A stretch of DNA of 64,000 bases from an archaeon (GTDB lineage Archaea; B1Sed10-29; JAVZDC01). Both the position numbers and the translations under genes were made by a program. The stretch is from assembly GCA_038874115.1 (NCBI GenBank), contig JAVZDC010000002.1, positions 39,185-103,184 on the forward strand, written 5' to 3'. Below the pieces are notes generated by a model that was given only the letters and a program-made list of their open reading frames with translations, was not told the DNA's origin and did not search any database. How positions within the stretch are numbered: position 1 is the stretch's first letter; each line of letters starts with the position of its first letter. Below, in pieces: positions 17,964-27,976 of this stretch.

Positions 17964-18851
17964 TCACCCTTTCTCAATCAAAACTTTTACTATCTTTTCA
18001 ACATCATCCGAATCAAAACAATTTACCGCAAATTCAGCTTTATCCCAAACTTTGCCTAAATCTTTCTTTGTAGAAACCTTAATTATTATATTTGGGTTAA
18101 ACTCCTTAATAATCCTATCCAACAAACCTTCTTGTTCTTTTAAACTAAAACCGCAAGTTTCACTCGGGTCTAGCAAAAATAAAAATTCTTTAGAAATATG
18201 TTTTAATGCTTGAGTTGCTATTTTTTCATATTTATTTTTAGGTTCTCGATTTAATAATCCGGGAATATCTATCATTTGTATTTTAATATTATTTCTTTCC
18301 AAAATGCCTATTTGAATTTTTTGAGTTGTGAAAGGATAACTCGCTATCTTTACATTACTTCCAGTCATAGTGTTCAACAAGGTAGATTTTCCGACGTTTG
18401 GAGCTCCGCACAAAATTATTCTTCTTTCATTCCAGTCTATCTTTGGGATTTCTTTTAAAGTTTTATAAAATGAATTTATGAAGTTAAAATCAATGGATTT
18501 CAAAAGTGAAAAAGTTCTACCGTAAAAACTTTTTTTGAGTTTTATTTTTTCATCGATATTTTTCGAGTTTTTTATTCTAAAAGAATAATCTAAAAATATT
18601 TTATCCAGTATGTGTTTTATGGAAATTAGTTTGCGAGCTATTTTTTTTCTATCTTGAGCATATATTTCCAATATGCTTTCTTCAAACGCTGATCTTTCTT
18701 TCTTTAAATCGTCGGATATTTTCTGTAACACGTTAATTAGTTTCTTATGTATTCTTTTTAATTGGACATATTCTTTATTCTTCCTTTCTTTTTTCGATAT
18801 TGGTTTTTTAGCTTCTTTTAAACAGGCGGAGAATAAAGAATTAGCATCCAT
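17964..18851 (-). CDS. NOG1-like GTP-binding protein
   Basis: NOG1-type N-terminal domain then G1 CGAPNVGKST, G2 YPFTT, G3 DIPG. Confidence 0.8.
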   Translation of the reverse strand: MDANSLFSACLKEAKKPISKKERKNKEYVQLKRIHKKLINVLQKISDDLKKERSAFEESILEIYAQDRKKIARKLISIKHILDKIFLDYSFRIKNSKNIDEKIKLKKSFYGRTFSLLKSIDFNFINSFYKTLKEIPKIDWNERRIILCGAPNVGKSTLLNTMTGSNVKIASYPFTTQKIQIGILERNNIKIQMIDIPGLLNREPKNKYEKIATQALKHISKEFLFLLDPSETCGFSLKEQEGLLDRIIKEFNPNIIIKVSTKKDLGKVWDKAEFAVNCFDSDDVEKIVKVLIEKG

Positions 18852-18882
18852 ATATTTATATATCTTTCGTATTAAATTAATT

Positions 18883-19395
18883 ATGTTTGAAAAAGAAGTA
18901 AAATTGGTACGTGATAGGCTTAATGAAGGATATTCAAAAGAAGAACTTAGAAAAGCATTTTTGAAGGCCGGATATTCGGAAAGGGACTTTAAGAGAATAT
19001 ATTCTTTGGCTCAAAAAGGAACTAATGAAAAGAAAAAATCAAAACTCTTTATCTTTTCTTTAGTCTTACTTATTCTTACTGGAGCTTTTTTTGGTTTTAT
19101 TTATTTCTCAGGATCTTGCATAGGACCTTTTTGCACCGCAATCGTTTCCACAGCAACTTTCTCATCTGCACAAGCTCAACCAGTTGCTTTTGTGTGCAAA
19201 GAAGGAAAAGTACAAGTAATTCACTTAGGTACAAAATTCATCCAAGGAAACATAGTTATCCAAAACTCAGCAAATATATCATTAAACCTATCTTTATCTC
19301 CGGGAGAAACCTATGTTTTGCCCCAAACTTTCGAGAGAGGACACTCATACCAAGCAGATGGGGACCAGATAAAAACAGCTTTTTTCAAATGTTAG
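18883..19395 (+). CDS. single-pass membrane protein, function unknown
   Basis: ATG 18883 (the track ORF extends upstream, antisense to the GTPase gene). N-terminal helical GYSKEELRKAFLKAGYSERDF module, TM LFIFSLVLLILTGAFFGFIYF, Cys-containing ectodomain. Confidence 0.55.
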   Translation: MFEKEVKLVRDRLNEGYSKEELRKAFLKAGYSERDFKRIYSLAQKGTNEKKKSKLFIFSLVLLILTGAFFGFIYFSGSCIGPFCTAIVSTATFSSAQAQPVAFVCKEGKVQVIHLGTKFIQGNIVIQNSANISLNLSLSPGETYVLPQTFERGHSYQADGDQIKTAFFKC

Positions 19396-19404
19396 GTGCT
19401 GGAT

Positions 19405-20061
19405 ATGATCTTTAAGAATTTACTGGCGTTTTTTCTTTTAATCTCCGTTGTTTTGGCTCAGTGCCCAAAGAACACAGGTTATCTTGAATGCGATTCTTAC
19501 ATTTCAAATGCTGAGAAATATTTAAAGGAATACCCGGGGAGCTTTCAAGTCGCATTAGAGTACTTTAAAGCTGCCGAATGTTTTTCAAACCTAAATTTAT
19601 CTTCGTATGCTAAATGTTATTATTCTTTATCTGCAGAATATTTTAATCTTTCAGCAAGTTCTTTACGTGAAGAAGCTGATTTATGGCAAAAAGGAAAATG
19701 TTATGAATACGCTGGCTTAGCTTCTTTAAAAATAGGCGACTTACAAAAGGCATTCTTTTTCTTTAACCTTTCCAAAAATTTCTATAGATTTTCAAAGGAT
19801 TATTCATCCGCAGAAAGGATAGAAACTTACATTAATTCTCTGTATTCCAATCCAATAATGCAAGAAAATACGCTAATCTATAATTTAGTAGGTTTATTTT
19901 TATCTCTTTGCATTTGCTTGAGTCTTGTCGGCATAATTTTAGTATTTCTTAGACCAAAAGAAAAGTCGATTTTAATAGAAACTCAATTAAAAGAAGTTCA
20001 TTCGAAATCTAAAGAGGATGAAATTAAACAAAAATTTAGAAAAAAACACGGTTTGATATGA
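19405..20061 (+). CDS. secreted, C-terminally anchored TPR-like protein, function unknown
   Basis: AGGTG SD then ATG 19405. Signal peptide MIFKNLLAFFLLISVVLAQC, TPR-like helical repeats, C-terminal TM, basic tail. Confidence 0.55.
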   Translation: MIFKNLLAFFLLISVVLAQCPKNTGYLECDSYISNAEKYLKEYPGSFQVALEYFKAAECFSNLNLSSYAKCYYSLSAEYFNLSASSLREEADLWQKGKCYEYAGLASLKIGDLQKAFFFFNLSKNFYRFSKDYSSAERIETYINSLYSNPIMQENTLIYNLVGLFLSLCICLSLVGIILVFLRPKEKSILIETQLKEVHSKSKEDEIKQKFRKKHGLI

Positions 20062-21740
20062 TTTTGGACTTTGAAATAAAACATAAGGATCTTGCAGCCA
20101 GGATTGGGATCTTAGAAACAAATCACGGCAAAATTGAGACACCAACACTTTTGCCAGTTGTAAACCCCAACCTTCAAATTATTCCTTTACAAGAACTTAA
20201 AAAATTTGGCACTCAGATTTTCATAACTAATTCTTACATTCTATTGAAAAATTTTCGCGACGAGGTTTTATCTAAAGGGATCCACGGTTTTTTGGGATGG
20301 GATGGACCAATAATGACCGATTCTGGAGCCTATCAGTTAATGGAATATGGGGAACTAGATGTTTCAAATAAAGATATTCTCGATTTTCAGGAAAAAATTG
20401 GAGTCGATCTTGGAGTAATTCTTGATAGTCCGACAGCTAGCAGAGAAAAAAGCGAAGTAGGGTATAATTTGAACAAGACTCTTGAAAGAATGAAAGAATT
20501 AAAAGATTTTTATCTTTCATCTCAGAGTGCTTGGTGTGGTCCAATCCAAGGTATTGGATTTCCCGATCTTTTGGATAAATCCGTAAATTTTGCAAAAAAA
20601 TATGATTTTTCCGTTTATGCCATAGGGAGTGCAGTTCCATATTTAATCGAGTATAATTATGCTCCAATATTTTCAACAATTGCACACGTAAAATCCAAAT
20701 TGCCTCTAAATAGACCAGTTCATCTTTTTGGTGCAGGACATCCTCTGATTTTCCCTTTCTTAGTTGCTTTGGGAGTTGATATGTTTGATTCTGCAGCATA
20801 CGCTTTATACGCAGGGGATGGAAGATACATGACGCCCACAGGCACGATGAGATTGGAAGAAATGTTTGAGCTTCCTTGCTACTGTCCTGTATGTTCCAAA
20901 TATACTGCTAAAGAAATAAAAGAAAGCCAGGATAAAGAAAGACTTTTATCAGAACACAATCTTTATATTTCATTCCAAGAAATAAAAACAATAAAACTTG
21001 CGATTCGGGAAAATACTTTATTTGACTTAATAGAAACAAGAGTTAGGGCCCATCCCTCTTTGTTCCATGCTATGCCTGCTTTTCTCAAGGCATTAAGAAA
21101 ACTTCGTTATTTAGATCCAATTTCTAAGCCTCATTTTTATTATCTTTCTGAATTTTCTAAAAAGAGAATAGAAGTTTTAGACGTAAAAGAACGCATAAAA
21201 AACGTGGAATCAAAGGATACTGTAGATCTTCCTCCTTTTGGTAAAGTTCCAAAGACCATCTTGGAATGCTATCCTTTTCAACGGCCAAATTATGAAAATA
21301 ATTATCAAAAAATTTCAGATATTTCTAAGTATTGGTTTGGCTTAAATATCTTTCCAGAAAATGTTGTTATCGTACAATCTCCTAAAACCAAAAAAATAAA
21401 AGCAGTCTATCAAAACTCTGAACTTTTTACAGTTTTTAGAGCAAGCGATATGCAAATTCTGCTTCACGCTGGAGCAAGAGAACTTTTCAAAAAAACAAAA
21501 TATCCTCATTTTAGAGTGAAAATAAAGAATGAAATAAAAGATTTTGTTTTAAATAAAAAGAATGTTTTCTGTAAATTTGTTGTTGATTGCGATAAAAAAA
21601 TAAGGCCTGGACAGCAAGTCCTTATAGTGGATGAAGAAGGTAATTTGTTGGCGAGTGGAGAAGCTCTTTTATCAGCACGAGAAATTCTATCTTTTGAAAA
21701 AGGTGTTGCTGTAGTTCCGAGATGGGTGAATTTAAACTAA
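20058..21740 (+). CDS. tgtA: archaeosine tRNA-guanine transglycosylase (ArcTGT) with C-terminal PUA domain
   Basis: N-terminus FEIKHKDLAARIGILETNHGKIETPTLLPVVNP, TGT barrel, Zn site CYCPVC, PUA-like C-terminus. Confidence 0.9.
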   Translation: MILDFEIKHKDLAARIGILETNHGKIETPTLLPVVNPNLQIIPLQELKKFGTQIFITNSYILLKNFRDEVLSKGIHGFLGWDGPIMTDSGAYQLMEYGELDVSNKDILDFQEKIGVDLGVILDSPTASREKSEVGYNLNKTLERMKELKDFYLSSQSAWCGPIQGIGFPDLLDKSVNFAKKYDFSVYAIGSAVPYLIEYNYAPIFSTIAHVKSKLPLNRPVHLFGAGHPLIFPFLVALGVDMFDSAAYALYAGDGRYMTPTGTMRLEEMFELPCYCPVCSKYTAKEIKESQDKERLLSEHNLYISFQEIKTIKLAIRENTLFDLIETRVRAHPSLFHAMPAFLKALRKLRYLDPISKPHFYYLSEFSKKRIEVLDVKERIKNVESKDTVDLPPFGKVPKTILECYPFQRPNYENNYQKISDISKYWFGLNIFPENVVIVQSPKTKKIKAVYQNSELFTVFRASDMQILLHAGARELFKKTKYPHFRVKIKNEIKDFVLNKKNVFCKFVVDCDKKIRPGQQVLIVDEEGNLLASGEALLSAREILSFEKGVAVVPRWVNLN

Positions 21741-23243
21741 TTTTTCTACAATTTCCGCATAAGCCGGTCTTGTAATGAATAACCCAACAAGCACTCCTAA
21801 AATAGTGGTTATAGCAAAACCTTTTAGGCTTCCTAGACCTGCGAAGAGTAATGGAAGCATGGCAAAAATTATAGTTCCAGCAGACATGAAAATTATGGAA
21901 AAGGCTCTTTTTATTTTTTGTACCGTAGATTCCTCTATTCTCCTCCTTTCTCCTCTCAAAAGTTCATCAGTTATGATGATTTGGTCATTAACTCCAGTTC
22001 CAACAGCAGCAATTATTCCAGCCATGGAAGGTAAATCGAGCTGCCAATTAATTAAGGCCGCGAGTCCAAGAACAATGGTTACCTCGAATATACAGGTAAG
22101 CATAATTGGGAACACGATTAATGGTTTCTTATATCTTACAAATAACACACTTGCAACGAATCCGATCGCTAGAAAACCGATTATAGCAGTCCATTTTAAA
22201 AAACTCGCTCCTAATGTAGGAGAAATTGATATAACATCCGACACTGTTACGGATACAGGTAATTTTCCAGATTTTAACAAAATAACGATTTTGTTGTATT
22301 CTTCTAATGATTTCTCCATGCTTTCAGCATGCCCCGTAATACTTGGGTTTTCAATCGGGTTTCCAGCAGTTACGCCAGGAGTTAAAGATACAATGCTTTG
22401 CAAATTTAATGCTGAAACTATCCAATATTTCCCATATTTTTCTTTTTCAATAACTTTTCCGGCAAATTCTTTTGAAATATTATATGCCCCGCTAGGAACG
22501 ATAATCTTTCCATGGATTAATGATATATTCTCTGGAAGTGTATTGCTCACCAAAAGATTTATTCCCGCCTGTTTAACTAATTCATCGATACTAATTTTTA
22601 TTAGAGACTTATCAAAATCGATAGGAACTTGGTTTTCATCCTGGTACATTTTCTCCGGAATTACTATTGTAGCATTTTCCGGCCTGTCTAAAAACATAAA
22701 AACTTTTTCTTCGCAAACTTGTTCAGACGTAAGCGTACATTTTCCTTTTACTTCGTTTGCAAATCTTTGGGCAGCATCAGGAGTTACAAGAAAAGGTACA
22801 ACCCATTCGGTTCCGCCAGGGTGAACCCCTGACCCTTTTTGAGGATCAGTAATTACAGATACTATGTCTTCTCCTTGCAGAACAACTTTTCCATCAAATA
22901 ATATTTCAAATTTTCCTTGCTGAGCAAGCAAACTTTGAATTTTTGATATACTTTCCGGGTTTGTTTCCGCAATTTCTATCGTTATGTACTGCCCATAAGA
23001 GGGTTTTACAGAGACATCTTTTAACCCATAAGCATTCAATCTTGTTTGGATTACGTTTATCACCGATTGCATTTCTTTTTGCTCGAGTTTTTCATTAAGT
23101 TTTACATCTATTAAAGTTCCTCCTTGAAAATCTAAACCAAACTGTAAACCTTTCAATTGAATTGGTAAAATCCCAATTAAAAGGAAGCATAGACAAGCAA
23201 ATATTACTTTTTTATTACTTAACATAGGTTTCCAATCAACCAT
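21732..23243 (-). CDS. secD: protein-export membrane protein SecD
   Basis: LDFQGGTLIDVKL motif, large periplasmic domain, 6-TM C-terminus. Track GTG 23252 lies inside GGTGA; ATG 23243 preferred. Confidence 0.9.
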   Translation of the reverse strand: MVDWKPMLSNKKVIFACLCFLLIGILPIQLKGLQFGLDFQGGTLIDVKLNEKLEQKEMQSVINVIQTRLNAYGLKDVSVKPSYGQYITIEIAETNPESISKIQSLLAQQGKFEILFDGKVVLQGEDIVSVITDPQKGSGVHPGGTEWVVPFLVTPDAAQRFANEVKGKCTLTSEQVCEEKVFMFLDRPENATIVIPEKMYQDENQVPIDFDKSLIKISIDELVKQAGINLLVSNTLPENISLIHGKIIVPSGAYNISKEFAGKVIEKEKYGKYWIVSALNLQSIVSLTPGVTAGNPIENPSITGHAESMEKSLEEYNKIVILLKSGKLPVSVTVSDVISISPTLGASFLKWTAIIGFLAIGFVASVLFVRYKKPLIVFPIMLTCIFEVTIVLGLAALINWQLDLPSMAGIIAAVGTGVNDQIIITDELLRGERRRIEESTVQKIKRAFSIIFMSAGTIIFAMLPLLFAGLGSLKGFAITTILGVLVGLFITRPAYAEIVEKLV

Positions 23244-24216
23244 TCTTTTCACCTACTTCCAAGGCAATAATCGCATTTGTACACCAAGTCGCAACTAGAT
23301 CTCCAAGTAAACCAACAGTTAATATTATTGATATATCTCTGAGCATTGTTATTTCTAAGAAACTTGAAAAAATAGCCATAACTACTACAGCCACTAAAGC
23401 AGTTCCAGTCATAGTAATTCCAGTTAAAAAGGCGCTTGCTGCTCTTTCCGGTGCAGAACCTTCTTTCCTTCTCAATATCCTATCAGTTAGCATTATGTCG
23501 CTATCTACAGAGTACCCAATTAACATCAATAAAGCACCTATGGTTCCCAAGGAAAGAGGAATTCCAAAATATCCTAAACATGCGTATCCTACAAGAGTGT
23601 CAAAAAACGCGGATTGTACAACTGCAAAAGATATTAATGCATTTCTGTAATAATAGTAAATTACTATTGAAATGAAAATAAATGCAAGGATTATCGAAAT
23701 TTTTGCTTGATCTAAAAATAATGATCCTAATGACGGACCAGTTTCTCTAAAAGAAATATCTTCTTCTTTTGCTCCAGTTTTTTCAGTCAAAAAGAGCATC
23801 AATTTATTTTTAAAATCTTCTTTTGCCAACACATAGTATTTTTCTGCAGTCTCTTTTTCAGAAGATGTTTTATTTATAGATACTCTATTTTCTAAAAGAG
23901 AAATAGCATCGTTATATTTTTCAGAGGAGATTAATTCTTCAGCACGAAGCAATGTCTTCTCACCAGAAAATTCAACCAGAATACCTTCCTGTTCTCCTTT
24001 TAAAGAACGTACATTTAACTCTTCAAGGTCAAATTTATCTTGAATTTCTTTTTGCAATGCGGCAGAATCTACGCTTTTATTCATTATAGTTATTAGCGCA
24101 CCTCCTCTGAAATCAATCCCAAGTTTTACTTGCATAGCTCCAAAAATAGACAAGATTAATATGCTTACAGGCAAAATTAGCAATAATTTTCTTCTTGGGC
24201 TTGCGTAAATATTCAC
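23236..24216 (-). CDS. secF: protein-export membrane protein SecF
   Basis: LGIDFRGGALITI motif and SecF TM core. GGTGA SD then GTG 24216; the track ATG 24321 would add a non-homologous extension. Confidence 0.85.
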   Translation of the reverse strand: MNIYASPRRKLLLILPVSILILSIFGAMQVKLGIDFRGGALITIMNKSVDSAALQKEIQDKFDLEELNVRSLKGEQEGILVEFSGEKTLLRAEELISSEKYNDAISLLENRVSINKTSSEKETAEKYYVLAKEDFKNKLMLFLTEKTGAKEEDISFRETGPSLGSLFLDQAKISIILAFIFISIVIYYYYRNALISFAVVQSAFFDTLVGYACLGYFGIPLSLGTIGALLMLIGYSVDSDIMLTDRILRRKEGSAPERAASAFLTGITMTGTALVAVVVMAIFSSFLEITMLRDISIILTVGLLGDLVATWCTNAIIALEVGEKNG

Positions 24217-24260
24217 TTTTTCACCTATTTTTTTAAATTTATATACATATAAAAATAAAT

Positions 24261-24947
24261 ATGTTTGCTTTTTTGCATGAAAGTGGGAGAGTTTATTTAG
24301 GGACTGGAGAAATAAATACAAAGTATGGAAAAGTGAAAGCTACAGGGCCTGGAGAAGTTTTTTCAGATAAGGGCGAAAAGTTTATTGTTTTTGAACTTTG
24401 TCTCTCGGACAAGATTCAAAAGATGAAAAGATTAGCTAGGCCAATATACGAGCATGATGCAGGACTTATTGCAGGTCTGCTGAATATAGGCGTGGGAAAG
24501 AAGGTTCTTGAAGCGGGTACTGGCTCAGGAATAATGGCGATGTGCTTGGCGAATTTTGGCGCAAACGTTTGGTCGTATGAAAAAAGAGAAGATTTTTATG
24601 AACAAGCAAAAGAAAGACTTGCAAATTACCCAAACATACGTTTATTTAATAAAGATGTCTCTGAGTGTGAGGAAGAAAATTTCGATGCAATTTTTCTAGA
24701 TCTTCAAAATCCAGACAACGTAATTCCAAAAATAATTCAAAAATTAAAGTTGGGGCATTTTATAGGGTGCTATACTCCGATTTTTGATGACGTTCCAAAA
24801 ATATGGAGGGCTTTTCAAGAAAGATGCGTTTCAATAAATGCTATCCAGATACACCTTCAAAAAATCTTAGTAAAAAAATATGCTCGGTACGATCAAAAAG
24901 TATTTGGATTTCCTGGTTTTTTCATCTGGGCTAGAAGGTTTAGATAA
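24261..24947 (+). CDS. trmI: tRNA (adenine-N1)-methyltransferase TrmI (GCD14 family)
   Basis: SAM motif VLEAGTGSGIMAMCLA followed by VWSYEKREDFYEQAKERL, typical of TrmI. Confidence 0.8.
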   Translation: MFAFLHESGRVYLGTGEINTKYGKVKATGPGEVFSDKGEKFIVFELCLSDKIQKMKRLARPIYEHDAGLIAGLLNIGVGKKVLEAGTGSGIMAMCLANFGANVWSYEKREDFYEQAKERLANYPNIRLFNKDVSECEEENFDAIFLDLQNPDNVIPKIIQKLKLGHFIGCYTPIFDDVPKIWRAFQERCVSINAIQIHLQKILVKKYARYDQKVFGFPGFFIWARRFR

Positions 24948-24949
24948 AT

Positions 24950-25657
24950 ATGAAAGGAATCTTCCATCTAATACTTTCCTTTTTATCATTGTTCTTACTT
25001 TCCCTTCCTTTCCTAAACACTGATTACGCGTTTATCTTCCTTTTTTCAGGAGCGATTGGTAGTTTGCTTCCGGATCTTGATGCTCCAGATGCATTAATTT
25101 TACACCCTCAAAAAATAATTAAGCTTCAGGGAAAAAGATTAAAGTTAATACGACTTTTTTTAATTGGTTTTGTCCGGTTTATTACTCTTTTCTCTAAGTT
25201 GCTCATGTATATTTATTTTGTTTTTCTTTGGCTTTTAGGTATAAAAGCATCTTTAAAACATAGGGAATATTTCCATTCGGTTCTTGCAGGCATCATCGTA
25301 TCTTTTTTTAATTCCGCAATGATTTTGATAGTTTTGAAATACTTTAATTTTTTAAATCCAGTTCGTATTCTCACTTTATTTTTTGGGTTTTTGTCTGGCT
25401 TTATTCTCCATTTGTTAGAAGATAGTACGACTGTTTCAGGAGTTGCTCTCCTTTTTCCTTTTTCTGATTTAAAAATTCATGGAAATATTCATACTTCTAA
25501 AGATGTTTTCTATTGTCTAACTCTTACAATTTCTCTAATTTTTTCTATTTTCCTCTCTTTTTATCTAAACCTTTTATTCCCAGCAAATTTTATTCTTTTA
25601 TTGCTCGTCTGGTTTGTATTTTATAGAATCGCAAGCATCCGAGTAGCAAGTTTTTAA
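24950..25657 (+). CDS. YdjM/DUF457-like membrane-bound metal-dependent hydrolase
   Basis: Multi-TM protein with LLPDLDAPD, HREYFHS and HLLEDS motifs. Confidence 0.6.
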   Translation: MKGIFHLILSFLSLFLLSLPFLNTDYAFIFLFSGAIGSLLPDLDAPDALILHPQKIIKLQGKRLKLIRLFLIGFVRFITLFSKLLMYIYFVFLWLLGIKASLKHREYFHSVLAGIIVSFFNSAMILIVLKYFNFLNPVRILTLFFGFLSGFILHLLEDSTTVSGVALLFPFSDLKIHGNIHTSKDVFYCLTLTISLIFSIFLSFYLNLLFPANFILLLLVWFVFYRIASIRVASF

Positions 25658-25660
25658 TTT

Positions 25661-26686
25661 TCAAAGATATGCTTTAAAATTTTTATTTTTTCTCAAAAAT
25701 TCATAGAGTTTTTTTACTTCTTCGCTTTTTCCTTTCTTTAAGATTAACATAATGTCCCCCGCATCAACAATTATCAAACCTTCTAACCCCATTAAAACAA
25801 CTGGTTTTTTCGAGATTACCAAATTGTTTTTTGAGTTAAAAGAGCTGTATTCTCCGATAGAACAATTCCCAAACCCATCTTTCTTCAAGATATCGTAGAA
25901 TGCATCAAAACTTCCGAGGTCGTTCCATTTAATATTTAGTTTAGAAACAGCAATGTTTTTCGATTTTTCCAGAATTCCATGATCGATAGAAATCGCTCGA
26001 GTTCGTTTATAAAACTTTACAATGTCTCTTTCATTTAAATTATCATAGATTTCTTTAGCATATTTTTTAACTGATTCCAAGAATAAGGACGTATTGAAAA
26101 GAAATATCCCACTATTCCACAAGTATTTTTCGATTACATACTTTTTAGCCAAATTTAAGCTAGGTTTTTCCACAAATTTTTCTACTTTGTAAATATTTTT
26201 ACCCAATCTTTCTCCTGGTTTTATATATCCATAGCCCGTTTTTGGGCTTTTAGCATTTATCCCAAAAGTTATTAAAAACTTTTCTGCGAATTTTTCACTT
26301 TCTTTTACTCTTTTAAGAAAATAGCCATTTTCTTCCATCAAATGATCCGATGGCAATATTAAAACGTTACTCTCACCAAATGTTTTTTCAATTTCCAGAA
26401 TACCTGAAAGCACGGCAGGTAAAGTTCCTTTCATCATTGGTTGGAATATAACATTTTCTTCAGGAATTTCTGTAACTTCCTCGATTTCCTTAAATATTTC
26501 TTCTTTGAACTCAACGTTCGAAACAATGAAAATTTCTTCTGCTTTGGAAAATTTCAATGCTCTTTTTACTGATTTTTGGAACAAAGTTTCGCCATCAACG
26601 AGTTTCAGGAATTGTTTTGGTTTTGATGTCCGACTTAAAGGCCAAAGTCTAGTTCCTTTACCACCAGCAAGAATTATGACTTTCAT
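25661..26686 (-). CDS. mannose-1-phosphate guanylyltransferase-like nucleotidyltransferase
   Basis: MKVIILAGGKGTRLWPLSRTSKPKQFLKL N-terminus and ManC-type fold length. Confidence 0.75.
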   Translation of the reverse strand: MKVIILAGGKGTRLWPLSRTSKPKQFLKLVDGETLFQKSVKRALKFSKAEEIFIVSNVEFKEEIFKEIEEVTEIPEENVIFQPMMKGTLPAVLSGILEIEKTFGESNVLILPSDHLMEENGYFLKRVKESEKFAEKFLITFGINAKSPKTGYGYIKPGERLGKNIYKVEKFVEKPSLNLAKKYVIEKYLWNSGIFLFNTSLFLESVKKYAKEIYDNLNERDIVKFYKRTRAISIDHGILEKSKNIAVSKLNIKWNDLGSFDAFYDILKKDGFGNCSIGEYSSFNSKNNLVISKKPVVLMGLEGLIIVDAGDIMLILKKGKSEEVKKLYEFLRKNKNFKAYL

Positions 26687-26721
26687 TTAACTCTCTTTCA
26701 GCTTCGATATATAAAGAAGAA

Positions 26722-26794
26722 TAGCCCCGGGAGGATTCGAACCTCCGTCTTAGGCTCCAAAGGCCCACATCCTTGTCCACTAGACGACGGGGCT
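26722..26794 (-). tRNA. tRNA-Gln (anticodon UUG)
   Basis: GC-rich island. Hand-folded cloverleaf AGCCCCG..CGGGGCU+A with archaeal Gln-type A1:U72, anticodon loop CUUUGGA and T-loop GGTTCGAATCC. Confidence 0.9.
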
Positions 26795-27295
26795 TTACCA
26801 TCTGTACTTTTTAAACTTCAACAAATACGCGATTTGGTTTAAGCCAAAATGTAATATTGGTGTTATTATTATTAAAAATATCGTTGTTTCCCATCCTGGA
26901 AAATAAAACCAACTCGAAAATACAATTGCTCCAATTACGAAATCTAACTGATCAAAAATAAGAAGGGGTTTGCCGCTCTCAATCCCAACCCTTCTTTTTA
27001 TAAAACTTTTTATTGTGTCCCCCATAATTGCTCCAAAAGCCAACAAGAACCCTAAAACATTCCAATCCGCATCATTCAAGAAATATCCTATAACTACTCC
27101 GCTGCTCCAACCAAAGAAAATACCTGAGAAAAAACCACTCCAAGTTTTTCCATCCCCCAATATCCGTTTACCTTTATATTCTAACCAAAAGTCTATTGGA
27201 ATTTTTCCTCCTCCAAAAACTATTGCAGTACCATTTGCAATATAAGCTGGCAAAATAAACAAAAAAGCTTTAATGATGAAATATATTAAATCCAA
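26795..27295 (-). CDS. carS: CDP-archaeol synthase
   Basis: Close pattern match to characterised CarS: LPAYIANGTAIVFGGG.PIDF..GKRILGDGKTW.GFF, LAFGAIMGD..KSFIKRR, DQLDF. Confidence 0.85.
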   Translation of the reverse strand: MDLIYFIIKAFLFILPAYIANGTAIVFGGGKIPIDFWLEYKGKRILGDGKTWSGFFSGIFFGWSSGVVIGYFLNDADWNVLGFLLAFGAIMGDTIKSFIKRRVGIESGKPLLIFDQLDFVIGAIVFSSWFYFPGWETTIFLIIITPILHFGLNQIAYLLKFKKYRW

Positions 27296-27972
27296 GAGAT
27301 CACCAAGATCAAACTACCGAATAACGCCCCAAAAACGGTCGCGGTTAAATTTGTAGTCCAATTTTTGAAATATCCCCTTCTTTCCAAAGTTGCTCCGACT
27401 ACCGAATCAATCAAACTCCCAAAAATTCCGCATAATATACTTACAGATAGTAAAATTGGCTCACTAAAAATAAACATACAAATAATACCAAAAAGGATAG
27501 CTCCAAGCACGCTGGCCGCGGTACCTAAAAAACTGATTGCTCCATCAGTTCCAGCCCTCACTCTTTTAAAATTAGTTATCAAGAACGGTTCTTTTTTTGA
27601 AAGTACTCCAATCTCTGAAGATAAAGTATCTGAAGTAGCAGCAGCTAAAGAACCAACAAAACCAAATAAACCAACCGGACCAATTGTAGAAAATAAGATT
27701 GCAACCCCGCCATTAGATACTACATTCTCAAAAGTTCTTGTCTTTTGAAAATATCCCATCTTTCTCTTTGTTTTTTTACCATACATTGTTGCTGCAACGC
27801 CGATAGTGAAAAATATAAGTAATGTAAGAAGCCATCTAAAATCCTGAAAGGCTAAAAGTATAAGACCCATTATTGCTCCAGTCAAACATCCTTTTACATC
27901 TAAAGCTTTGGTTAAATATGCAAAAAACACAAAAAAAGATAAGAAAAAAAGCTCTATTGGTGCGAAGCTCAT
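27286..27972 (-). CDS. DUF92/COG1836 (TMEM19, VTE6-like) integral membrane protein
   Basis: Polytopic protein with TIGR00297-like motifs (FFTIGVAATMYGKKTKRK..RTFENVVSNGG). 10-nt overlap with carS. Confidence 0.7.
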   Translation of the reverse strand: MSFAPIELFFLSFFVFFAYLTKALDVKGCLTGAIMGLILLAFQDFRWLLTLLIFFTIGVAATMYGKKTKRKMGYFQKTRTFENVVSNGGVAILFSTIGPVGLFGFVGSLAAATSDTLSSEIGVLSKKEPFLITNFKRVRAGTDGAISFLGTAASVLGAILFGIICMFIFSEPILLSVSILCGIFGSLIDSVVGATLERRGYFKNWTTNLTATVFGALFGSLILVISWI

Positions 27973-27976
27973 TTTT

